This document shows, piece by piece, positions 39,914 to 47,727 of a DNA stretch of 64,000 nucleotides (its first letter is position 1; the number at the start of each line of letters is the position of its first letter). The DNA is from a virus. The notes below the pieces were generated by a model. It was not told the DNA's origin. It did not search any database and saw only the letters and a program-made list of their open reading frames with translations. The stretch lies in the IMG/VR virus record IMGVR_UViG_3300032322_001295, positions 1-64,000 of that record; one strand, 5' to 3'. The position numbers were made by a program, and so were the translations under genes.

Positions 39914-40396
39914 CTAATCTTCAATCTCGTAATGGTGTACACGCTGGTACTCATCATCACGCATAACTTTTACATTATTATTGCCTTGTAACTGTGCAAC
40001 AGCGCATTCGTATGGTATAATATACCCATACTTATTAAAGTACACAGGCTTATTAACTAAGTCTTCACCAGATGTATATTTGTATCCGGTAAACTCTATT
40101 GTTTCTACATAAGCTTGTATAAAAGATGATAAATCTCTTAAAACTATTTCAGGCTTTATGTCGCTAAACACTGCAAGACATTCAACTAAGTCTTTACTCT
40201 TAGCTAATGCTTCAAGATTATGGTATGCAATGATAGTGTCATACTGTCCTAGATCTTCTTCAGGAACAGCAATAGATACATGTACTTCCATAAGATTGTT
40301 ATCACGCTGTCCAAATAAAGTACAAGCGTTCATTAGTAATACGATAACCGCAACAATCACAGCGTTTACCATATAGTTGTCATAATTATTTTTCAT
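39914..40396 (-). CDS. Putative exported protein or lipoprotein
   Basis: Hydrophobic AVIVAVIVLLMNAC with a lipobox-like Cys. Confidence 0.55.
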   Translation of the reverse strand: MKNNYDNYMVNAVIVAVIVLLMNACTLFGQRDNNLMEVHVSIAVPEEDLGQYDTIIAYHNLEALAKSKDLVECLAVFSDIKPEIVLRDLSSFIQAYVETIEFTGYKYTSGEDLVNKPVYFNKYGYIIPYECAVAQLQGNNNVKVMRDDEYQRVHHYEIED

Positions 40397-40397
40397 G

Positions 40398-40739
40398 TTA
40401 GATAAATGTTTTAAATGAAATAAGATTTTTTATCTCTTCAATACTACTCACTGCATCAGCATCGCCGCCATCATCGTCTTTGTTACTGCCGATGATAAGA
40501 GCATTGCCAATCAGCTGTTGTGCGCCCCAACTATTTCCTGGTACGTTTATAATAAAACCATTTCTATTTGTTGTAAAAATAGCTTCATCATCTACATACA
40601 TGTAGTCGCCATTGTCAAAAGAATAACCTCCAGTTATGATATCACAACCTATAAGACTGCGAATCTCCCTAAAGTCATTGCCTGTAATCCTGGCTTCAAA
40701 TATTTCTTTTTTATCGCTATCAATAAATATGGCTCTCAT
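40398..40739 (-). CDS. DUF3846-like protein
   Basis: Start re-called at MRAIFID; IRSLIGCD...MYVDDEA...LIGNALIIG pattern. Confidence 0.6.
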   Translation of the reverse strand: MRAIFIDSDKKEIFEARITGNDFREIRSLIGCDIITGGYSFDNGDYMYVDDEAIFTTNRNGFIINVPGNSWGAQQLIGNALIIGSNKDDDGGDADAVSSIEEIKNLISFKTFI

Positions 40740-40741
40740 AA

Positions 40742-40939
40742 TTAGTCTTCTTTGTATACATGAGACACACAAAAACACAGTGTCATCATGATAAGTAAAC
40801 TAATAAATACCAACACTTTGGTTATAAAAGTTTGGTATACAGCTGTCTCTTGTAAATGGTAGGCAAACAAAAATGCCATATTACCAAAGAACAGACCCAT
40901 TGCAGTCATAAATATTTTTACTATTAGCGCTGTTTTCAT
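40742..40939 (-). CDS. Small two-TM membrane protein
   Basis: Two hydrophobic stretches in 65 aa. Confidence 0.55.
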   Translation of the reverse strand: MKTALIVKIFMTAMGLFFGNMAFLFAYHLQETAVYQTFITKVLVFISLLIMMTLCFCVSHVYKED

Positions 40940-41557
40940 TTATCTATTTATTAAATAATGTTTGAATAATTTTTCCATCACATCATGCTTGTTTTTAAAG
41001 GTCATCATATATGTACCTCTGGAGTAGCTTAAATCATCTATACTGTATGTCAACTCATCGTTGTGAACATCACTCCAATGATTTGGAATAGAAGCCTCAC
41101 AACAAATAAAATTAGACAATGTGTGTTTCTTAACAACTAAGTTAAAGCTAAACGTATGTTCATATATGTTATCAACAGTAAAATGTGATACATTAACAAA
41201 CTTGCTTACTTTAAACCTAATGTCAATCTTTTCAGTGCTACCATCAAAAGATTTAGTGTGACCTCTTTCTATTGGTTTAGCTGTACATAGAAAACCTGGA
41301 CAATTAAATACACTTTCTCTGTTATCTCTATATAACTCTTCAAGTGAATAAAAAGATACAAGTATTTCTTTTCTGTATAAGTCAAACATATGCTCCATAA
41401 TTTTGATAGCAAATGATTTAGTTAAGTCATAATTAAAATCACCTTTGTCGGTGCCTTCTTCATAACCAAACTGCTCTTTTGCTAGCATCTCAGCATATCC
41501 TTTCTTGTTGTTATCATGAGAAAACATGAGTTCAACAATCATACTAATGTCTAACAT
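40940..41557 (-). CDS. Hypothetical protein
   Basis: 205 aa, operon-packed. Confidence 0.6.
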   Translation of the reverse strand: MLDISMIVELMFSHDNNKKGYAEMLAKEQFGYEEGTDKGDFNYDLTKSFAIKIMEHMFDLYRKEILVSFYSLEELYRDNRESVFNCPGFLCTAKPIERGHTKSFDGSTEKIDIRFKVSKFVNVSHFTVDNIYEHTFSFNLVVKKHTLSNFICCEASIPNHWSDVHNDELTYSIDDLSYSRGTYMMTFKNKHDVMEKLFKHYLINR

Positions 41558-42093
41558 ATAGTTTGTTTTAAAAATAAAATAATATTATTTACAAAAGTAT
41601 CGCCAGTAACTGATGTCGTTATATCTCCATCCTGGATTTCATAACGACATTCTGATAAGTTTAAATCAGACCTGTATACGTCATAGCTCCTTACTATATC
41701 TAGTGAAAGTAATAACCTGTAAGATGAGTTAAACCAGATGGTAAGTACAACTGACATACGCTCATGTATTATCATTCTACTTCCACTGTCAAAATCTGTA
41801 CAGTAATTATATTCATCAACAATATCGTAATGAATATTGCCACAAACAAAATGCTTTCTATCACCTTCAAAGTATCCAAGGCTATACTGATCATCACAGG
41901 ATATATCTGAACACTTGATTGCATGTAATACTAAAGCTTCTGCTATGCAACTAATGTATAGTTCAATAGCACTATCTCTTGTATCAGCATCTGCATCATC
42001 TATGATAGATTTCAGTAACAACAAAGATAGCTCCACATCATCAGCCAAGAATAATGTAGAGCATCTCTTTATCATATCATTTAGTTCTTGCAT
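41551..42093 (-). CDS. Hypothetical protein
   Basis: Start re-called at MQELND because 42114-42202 looks like structured non-coding RNA. Confidence 0.55.
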   Translation of the reverse strand: MQELNDMIKRCSTLFLADDVELSLLLLKSIIDDADADTRDSAIELYISCIAEALVLHAIKCSDISCDDQYSLGYFEGDRKHFVCGNIHYDIVDEYNYCTDFDSGSRMIIHERMSVVLTIWFNSSYRLLLSLDIVRSYDVYRSDLNLSECRYEIQDGDITTSVTGDTFVNNIILFLKQTIC

Positions 42094-42164
42094 GCCGGAC
42101 CAATGCATGCGAAGAACCCAAGAACAAAACCTACTAATGTAGGCAAGTGGGCCCAGTAATAATA

Positions 42165-42202
42165 AAGGAATACTGACAACCCAATGGTCATCAGTATCCC
42201 CC
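42165..42202 (-). terminator. 17-bp hairpin (terminator or RNase III-type processing site)
   Basis: GGGGGATACTGATGACC-ATTG-GGTTGTCAGTATTCCTT with G.U pairs on the minus strand, directly after the 42208 stop and followed by TATTATT. Confidence 0.55.
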
Positions 42203-42207
42203 AATTG

Positions 42208-42507
42208 TTAGAGATAAACTGTTTCACGTTGTACATTTTTAACAAACGCTTGAAAAACTCTTATTGACTCATCAATACCAGGAAGAGTGTTAAACATATA
42301 AATATCTTCTACGTTGTTGTTTTTATCTACGTAGATTTTTACTCCGACTTGACCAAATCCGTAGATTCGGTAACTTATTATGTAATGCCCCTCATCTTCT
42401 TTATACTTCCCATCTTCCCATAGATTAAGTTGGTACTGTGTACCATCGTTAGGAAATAACTCTTCCATTTTATTTAATACCTCAGTTCTTAATTCTTGAT
42501 AGTTCAT
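42208..42507 (-). CDS. Hypothetical early protein
   Basis: 99 aa, preceded by leader repeat R1. Confidence 0.65.
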   Translation of the reverse strand: MNYQELRTEVLNKMEELFPNDGTQYQLNLWEDGKYKEDEGHYIISYRIYGFGQVGVKIYVDKNNNVEDIYMFNTLPGIDESIRVFQAFVKNVQRETVYL

Positions 42508-42513
42508 AACTAT

Positions 42514-42563
42514 TATACTCTTGTCATCCTCACATAGGCTCGAGTTCTACCTATACGCTTGTT
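42514..42563 (-). repeat. Leader repeat R1 (50 nt, covarying stem-loop)
   Basis: 39/50 identical to 42793-42842; ends 6 nt before the ATG at 42507. Confidence 0.85.
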
Positions 42564-42574
42564 AGTTATTTGTT

Positions 42575-42787
42575 TTATATTGTTATTTCTGCTGGGTTCA
42601 TGCAAAGCATGACATCCCACTCTTGACCGTAGTCAGAAAAAACTAAACTGTATGGTTCGCGTTCGTAATACTGAACACCATTCCAAGAAAAAAGCATACA
42701 GCCTTCTTCGTCCCTGATTTGCAATCCATTATCATCAACACATGGAAGCAAACATTTAAGAGGGACATATTGTCCTGTCTGTGTCAT
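42575..42787 (-). CDS. Hypothetical early protein
   Basis: 70 aa, preceded by leader repeat R2. Confidence 0.55.
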   Translation of the reverse strand: MTQTGQYVPLKCLLPCVDDNGLQIRDEEGCMLFSWNGVQYYEREPYSLVFSDYGQEWDVMLCMNPAEITI

Positions 42788-42792
42788 ACTTA

Positions 42793-42842
42793 TATACTCT
42801 TGTCATCCTTACACGTGCTCGAGCTCTACACGCATACTTGTT
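42793..42842 (-). repeat. Leader repeat R2 (50 nt, covarying stem-loop)
   Basis: Partner of R1; ends 5 nt before the ATG at 42787. Confidence 0.85.
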
Positions 42843-42915
42843 TTTTTAAATGATTTGTTGTTTCTTACTGGATAGTACATACTACCCTCGCACCTGTAAA
42901 CTCAGGTTGTTATTC

Positions 42916-43125
42916 TTAATCTTCTAGTTTACGCACGTTCACATACGTTACTACAGTATCACCACTATTATCTGTATCTAGAAGTTGATTCCAGATATAA
43001 TCTGCAACTTTTTCCGCGTTCTCTTCAAGTACATATACACTGTGAAGATTGTCATTTAAATAAATACCATAAGAAAATGGTGTTAAATAATCAAAAGATA
43101 ACTTTTCCATAATACTAGTGACCAT
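42916..43125 (-). CDS. Hypothetical early protein
   Basis: 69 aa; start may be the later MEKLSF. Confidence 0.55.
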   Translation of the reverse strand: MVTSIMEKLSFDYLTPFSYGIYLNDNLHSVYVLEENAEKVADYIWNQLLDTDNSGDTVVTYVNVRKLED

Positions 43126-43314
43126 TCTTTATAGGGCATTTGAGTCATTTCCCTTGTTGTGAAAAATATATAAAGTGTAGATATAATCACCTATAATAAA
43201 ACCCACGCAATCACTTACAATATTAGTATGTATAACACTAATAGAGTTGTGCGATATGATGTAGAGTAGAGTAATGCGCAGCAGATGGTAGCCACTCACA
43301 CCTTTTCTCTATCA

Positions 43315-43330
43315 TGTTCCACGTGGAACA
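43315..43330. promoter_or_regulatory. parS: parS centromere-like site
   Basis: Perfect 16-bp palindrome TGTTCCACGTGGAACA matching the bacterial chromosomal parS consensus TGTTNCACGTGNAACA; intergenic. Confidence 0.8.
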
Positions 43331-43416
43331 ATAGCACTAACAGTCTGACAGTCAACGCTATATGTAAATCATTATCTAATATTTTGTTATCTTACTAACA
43401 GTAGTATGAACCTTTT

Positions 43417-43446
43417 AAAAAAACCCCACGCCCGAAGGCGCAGGGA
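43417..43446 (-). terminator. Rho-independent terminator with cUUCGg tetraloop
   Basis: CCCTGCGCC-TTCG-GGCGTGGGG-TTTTTTT just after the 43453 stop. Confidence 0.85.
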
Positions 43447-43452
43447 TTTTTC

Positions 43453-43815
43453 TTACTTCTTCTTCTTAGTAGTAGTTTTGACCACTACTTCTTTCTTTTC
43501 TTCTTCTTCTTCAGGAAGTCTAGTCTCGACGACAGCTTTGTTGTTGATGGTGACGAATAACTCCTCACCAGTTTCAAATACAAACTCTTGTTCGTCTAGG
43601 AAATCTTCTAGGATTCCATCTTTACGTAATTGGTCTATCAACTGATAGGCACCAATGGTACCCTTATCAGTCAAGATACACTGCGAAGCTTTCTGCCCCC
43701 AAGTGCCTTTTCCCAATAACTTTACAAGATGTTCCCCTTCTTTCATGAATAGAGGAGAGTTCTTTTCTCCTTTTTCAATGATTTCTGTAACCTTTCCTAA
43801 TGATACCTTGCTCAT
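43453..43815 (-). CDS. Hypothetical protein, stand-alone unit, charged C-terminal tail
   Basis: 120 aa ending EEEEEKKEVVVKTTTKKKK; has its own terminator. Confidence 0.65.
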   Translation of the reverse strand: MSKVSLGKVTEIIEKGEKNSPLFMKEGEHLVKLLGKGTWGQKASQCILTDKGTIGAYQLIDQLRKDGILEDFLDEQEFVFETGEELFVTINNKAVVETRLPEEEEEKKEVVVKTTTKKKK

Positions 43816-43910
43816 AATACATGAAATTAAAAAGTTAGATAATGATTTAACGCGGGGGTACGATACATTAAGTGCCCTCCCGTCTTTTTTCTTTTTCCTC
43901 TACCAAAAAC

Positions 43911-43942
43911 TTGCATAAAACGTGCTATCTGTGTATATTGTG
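43911..43942 (+). promoter_or_regulatory. Possible rightward promoter (TTG-N20-TATATTGT)
   Basis: Imperfect Bacteroidota -33/-7 arrangement about 35 nt before the ATG at 43976. Confidence 0.3.
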
Positions 43943-43975
43943 CCATTATTCATTCACTATTAAATCTATATTATT

Positions 43976-44479
43976 ATGCAGACTAGGATAAATTATTATG
44001 TAAGGACTACTACTGGTGGTCATATAAAGTTGGGTACTTTGGTTACGACTAAAGATTGCAAGGTACTGGGGGTAGTTGAGGAGGTTGGAAGATTACTGGG
44101 GATAGATGGGTGGAACTGTTACGAGGTTAATGGCAAGATGGTTGTTGATGGTCCTGGTATTCCTACTGATATTGTATATGATTTTGTTGTTAATCATACT
44201 GGTCAGTCTATGAGTTTGAGGTATGATAATAGTATTGATATTAGTGGGTTTGTTGTACCGAAGATAGGGGGGTATAAATATGTTGCACCGGTTGTTGGTG
44301 ATGAGGTTGTTGAGGTAGAGGCTGGTCCTGCTCCGAGTGAGAGTGTTGGGATGTTGAAAGAGCCTGATTATAGTAAGATGAAGAAGGCTGAGTTGTTGGA
44401 GATATTGGGTGATGACGGCGATGGTAAGTTGAGTAAGGCAGAGTTGATAGAAATTATTGTTAACAAGTTAAAGAAGTAG
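43976..44479 (+). CDS. Hypothetical protein with C-terminal HeH/Rho-N-like motif
   Basis: DYSKMKKAELLEIL...KLSKAELIEII. Confidence 0.6.
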   Translation: MQTRINYYVRTTTGGHIKLGTLVTTKDCKVLGVVEEVGRLLGIDGWNCYEVNGKMVVDGPGIPTDIVYDFVVNHTGQSMSLRYDNSIDISGFVVPKIGGYKYVAPVVGDEVVEVEAGPAPSESVGMLKEPDYSKMKKAELLEILGDDGDGKLSKAELIEIIVNKLKK

Positions 44480-44483
44480 GATT

Positions 44484-44786
44484 ATGATGTCTATATTAGA
44501 ATATTTGGAATGGCGTGGTGTTAATATTGATGACCATGAGGAGCGTATGTGGTGGATTGGCTGGGAGGACGCTCATTGTATGGGCAGGAGTTATGATGGC
44601 TGGAGGGATTTGAGTAGTAGTGCAGATGGCCGTTATGAGAAGTTTGCTGCATTGGTTGTTGATTACTTGCTTTATTGTAAGGTTGCTGTTGAGAATGTTA
44701 GTAATCATTATGTTTTTAATGAGCCGGGGGTGTCTTATGAGGAAGTGATTGTTGGTAGTCAGAGAGGAGGGTCTTGTCATGAATAG
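44484..44786 (+). CDS. Hypothetical protein
   Basis: 100 aa, operon-packed. Confidence 0.55.
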   Translation: MMSILEYLEWRGVNIDDHEERMWWIGWEDAHCMGRSYDGWRDLSSSADGRYEKFAALVVDYLLYCKVAVENVSNHYVFNEPGVSYEEVIVGSQRGGSCHE

Positions 44787-45111
44787 GTCCTTACTTGTTT
44801 TTGGTAGTATTACTGCTTTGAGTTTATTGTTTACGGCGATGCAGATAGCCTTCATCAGGTATAGTGTTGTTAAGGCTGACAAGTTAAATGATCAGGTTAC
44901 TAAGGTTATGAATGACTTACGTGTTTTAGAAGCTGAGGTTAGGGTAAGGGATAGTATGTTGGTCAAGAGTATTGAAAGTAGTTATCAGAAGATAGAGGAA
45001 CTGACAGAGATTCGGAAGATGAACCAGAAGCAGATTGATAGTTTGAAGTTGGAGATTGAAAGTGACCTTGATGTTATTGATGAGTATAAAAAAGATATGT
45101 TAACTTGGTAA
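44779..45111 (+). CDS. Membrane-anchored coiled-coil protein (i-spanin-like)
   Basis: Start re-called at MNRSLLVFG; N-terminal TM helix then coiled coil. Confidence 0.5.
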   Translation: MNRSLLVFGSITALSLLFTAMQIAFIRYSVVKADKLNDQVTKVMNDLRVLEAEVRVRDSMLVKSIESSYQKIEELTEIRKMNQKQIDSLKLEIESDLDVIDEYKKDMLTW

Positions 45112-45121
45112 ATTTTTTGGA

Positions 45122-45583
45122 ATGAAAACGCTAATATTTGTTTTGATGTCTTGTTCTTTGTTTGCTCAGCTAGAAACTATTAAGGTTTATGATGGGTTAG
45201 ACATTTCTTACTTGACAAGAAAAGATACTGTGCTTATGTCGTTACGTAAATGGAATGATGTTGTAGGTATTCTTAGGGTACAGAATACTGCTATTGTAGA
45301 TTACAAGTCTTTGTCTGGTAAGTATGAGAAAGATATTAGGGATGCAGAGTTACTGATCACTGAGTACAAGGGTATAGTTAAGAATCTTGATGAAAGGGTA
45401 AACATATACCAGGGGGCGTACAACATGAGTACTGATAAGATAGTTGAGTTAAATAATCTTTGGCAGCAGGGCATGAAATATGCAAATAATGAGCGAAAAA
45501 GAGGTATCTTTATAGGGACAACCTGGGGCATTATTGGAGGTTTTGCTGCAGGGATTATTACATCAGTTATTTTATTTAAGTGA
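45122..45583 (+). CDS. Signal/lipoprotein peptide + coiled coil + C-terminal TM (spanin-like)
   Basis: MKTLIFVLMSC; C-terminal GIFIGTTWGIIGGFAAGIITSVILF. Confidence 0.5.
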   Translation: MKTLIFVLMSCSLFAQLETIKVYDGLDISYLTRKDTVLMSLRKWNDVVGILRVQNTAIVDYKSLSGKYEKDIRDAELLITEYKGIVKNLDERVNIYQGAYNMSTDKIVELNNLWQQGMKYANNERKRGIFIGTTWGIIGGFAAGIITSVILFK

Positions 45584-45584
45584 G

Positions 45585-46001
45585 ATGATAGACGGATATA
45601 GAATTTACTTGGACATTGAACCTATGGGTGCTGTACGTACTACGCAAAAGCAGATGTTTAGCGATAAGCGTTACAAGAAGTATCAGACTTGGAAGGATAA
45701 CATTTTATTGCTTTGGATTGCAGAACTTATAAAGCTAGGGTTTAAGCCAGAAGAGTTTAAGTTTGACGAAATTAAAAGTATTGATTTTGTTGTTACTGTT
45801 CCTAATGGAAAGAACCTTAGTAAAAAGGTAAAGCAGGAAAGAGAAGATCGTATTGGTAGGCCTCATAAAATAAAGCCTGACATAGACAATATGTTAAAAG
45901 CTTTTATGGATGCTTTGATGAGAGAAGACAGTCACGTTCACACTATTGGTAGAACTCGTAAAGTCTGGGGCGAACATGGGCATATAGTTGTGGTTATATA
46001 A
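45585..46001 (+). CDS. rusA: RusA-family Holliday junction resolvase
   Basis: KPDIDNMLKAFMDAL..EDSHV signature; start re-called at MIDGY. Confidence 0.85.
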   Translation: MIDGYRIYLDIEPMGAVRTTQKQMFSDKRYKKYQTWKDNILLLWIAELIKLGFKPEEFKFDEIKSIDFVVTVPNGKNLSKKVKQEREDRIGRPHKIKPDIDNMLKAFMDALMREDSHVHTIGRTRKVWGEHGHIVVVI

Positions 46002-46024
46002 ATGGTTTTTAGATTATTAGTGAT

Positions 46025-46055
46025 GGCCTGAGCGTAAAATCTCGGGCTTTTTTTT
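46025..46055 (+). terminator. Rho-independent terminator
   Basis: GGCCTGAG/CTCGGGCT stem followed by a T run. Confidence 0.75.
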
Positions 46056-46101
46056 GTTATTATAAATAAATGTGTTATGTTCGCACTATAAAAGCGATTC
46101 T

Positions 46102-46653
46102 ATGTTTTATCTTAATATGGGAGAAGTATGTGTTACTCCTGCAGGACAAACGGTACCGGAATACGTAGCTGTTAAAGGTGAGTTTCCAAAAGAGGTAAAG
46201 TTTGCACAGGTGATTACTTACATTTACTTTGTCTATACCAAGAAAGATAACCCTTACTGGCAACTGCCACCGGTAGAAAGAAGAGAGCAGGTCACTGCAA
46301 ACTACGGACTGTTTAAAGACTGGTCCAACTGGAAAAACATAGAGAAAACGGAACAGGTTATTAACCTGATTGATTTCTACAAAAGAATACAGTTGTCCGA
46401 AAACGATCTGAATGTCGATATGTTTAAGGCTAAAGCAGAGCACTGGAGAAAGATGTTAATGAGTCTTGACAATACTCCTGAGGAAGAACTGCAGATATCT
46501 AAAGCATTAGAAGTATCTACTAGGTTGTGCGAAGAGTTTAAACTAAAATCTGAAATGGAAACTGGTAACGAGGAACAGGAAGGATTGTCATTGTATTTAT
46601 TTGAGATTCCTGAGAATAAAAAACCGTATCACGCAAGAATGAAAATAAGTTAA
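46102..46653 (+). CDS. Putative terminase small subunit (crAss-like conserved protein)
   Basis: ITYIYFVY...NPYW.LP..ER pattern that I recall from crAss-like terminase-adjacent genes; first gene of the late block; start re-called at MFYL. Confidence 0.45.
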   Translation: MFYLNMGEVCVTPAGQTVPEYVAVKGEFPKEVKFAQVITYIYFVYTKKDNPYWQLPPVERREQVTANYGLFKDWSNWKNIEKTEQVINLIDFYKRIQLSENDLNVDMFKAKAEHWRKMLMSLDNTPEEELQISKALEVSTRLCEEFKLKSEMETGNEEQEGLSLYLFEIPENKKPYHARMKIS

Positions 46654-46654
46654 T

Positions 46655-47233
46655 ATGGGATTATTCAACCATCATAGTGATTCTGTTATGTTTAACAATC
46701 CTTGTCCTCCGGGTTGTGAAACTTGCTGTCCGTTAGATATACAATTGACATTTGACCCTATTACAAACATACTTACATTAACGTACATTTACGATGATGC
46801 TACTGTAGTTAGAACTGTAGATCTATCTCATGATTTTGACTTAGAACTTATTTTAAATGGTACAATACTTGAACTTACTGGAGAGCATGACGAAACGCAA
46901 GTGTTAACATCTGTAGATTTAGCACCAATTATTCCTGTACGTGGTCCATTATGTTATTGCGAAGACAACTTAGTTTATTATGATGCTTCTGGTACATTGC
47001 TACTAACTGAATACATAATAGTTGTTATCACAGATGGATTAACTTTAACACTACCAGCTACACCGGTATTAGGACAGATGTATAAAGTTTATTGTACTGT
47101 GCCGGGAACAACAGTAAATGGTAACGTAGGACAAACAATATCTGGTAGTGGAACTTCTGTTAGTATGATACTTGGAGATGGAATGATATTTCAATACATT
47201 AAAACAAATCAGTGGGGCGTTATAAATCTATAA
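46655..47233 (+). CDS. Structural/fibre-associated protein with Cys cluster
   Basis: CPPGCETCCP; C-terminal LTLTLPATP..GQ.Y fibre-like segment. Confidence 0.55.
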   Translation: MGLFNHHSDSVMFNNPCPPGCETCCPLDIQLTFDPITNILTLTYIYDDATVVRTVDLSHDFDLELILNGTILELTGEHDETQVLTSVDLAPIIPVRGPLCYCEDNLVYYDASGTLLLTEYIIVVITDGLTLTLPATPVLGQMYKVYCTVPGTTVNGNVGQTISGSGTSVSMILGDGMIFQYIKTNQWGVINL

Positions 47234-47237
47234 TCAT

Positions 47238-47726
47238 ATGAGTTTATTTTCAACAATACAGGTGTACGAGCAGGATGGCGCTATAGTATTTAAAATTCCT
47301 GCAGACCCGGCACCATATGCTGCATTCCCAAAAGGATCTGTTAAGGTTCGAAACTATGGAGTTTCAGGCTTTTTATTTGAGCGTGAAGCAGATAATGCAG
47401 ACATTGCTTTTGTAGAAGAAGCAAATAATATATTAGATATTACTTCTACACCATATGGCGCAACAAGAGATGATGTGTATGAATTGCTATATCCTGTTTT
47501 GTCAACTACGTCAATGCTAGATGAACTTTCTACCTTGGCTAACTTTGACATGATTCCGGGTAACAATATTGATATTACTTATTACACTGGTGTTAATGCT
47601 GGAAATCCTAGTGGTAATACTAACAATATTTATACTATTGTTTATTCAACAGGTGCGACTGTAGTAGCGACAAAAACCTTATCGTATAATGCTGCTGATA
47701 ATGTTATTAGCGTAATCACAACTTAA
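47238..47726 (+). CDS. Putative structural protein
   Basis: Beta-rich C-terminus (TVVATKTLSYNAADNVISV) typical of fibre modules. Confidence 0.55.
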   Translation: MSLFSTIQVYEQDGAIVFKIPADPAPYAAFPKGSVKVRNYGVSGFLFEREADNADIAFVEEANNILDITSTPYGATRDDVYELLYPVLSTTSMLDELSTLANFDMIPGNNIDITYYTGVNAGNPSGNTNNIYTIVYSTGATVVATKTLSYNAADNVISVITT

Positions 47727-47727
47727 T

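Noticed and set aside
42165-42202. Hammerhead ribozyme (CTGATGA on the minus strand)
   Set aside because: No GAAA core or three-way junction; the heptamer is buried in a simple hairpin.
42514-42842. Mini CRISPR array
   Set aside because: Only two copies, separated by a 229-bp gene-containing interval; the variation is compensatory within a stem; no cas genes.
43126-43160. Third copy of the R1/R2 leader motif
   Set aside because: It shares only AACAAG and ACTC, with no 8-bp stem or conserved tail.
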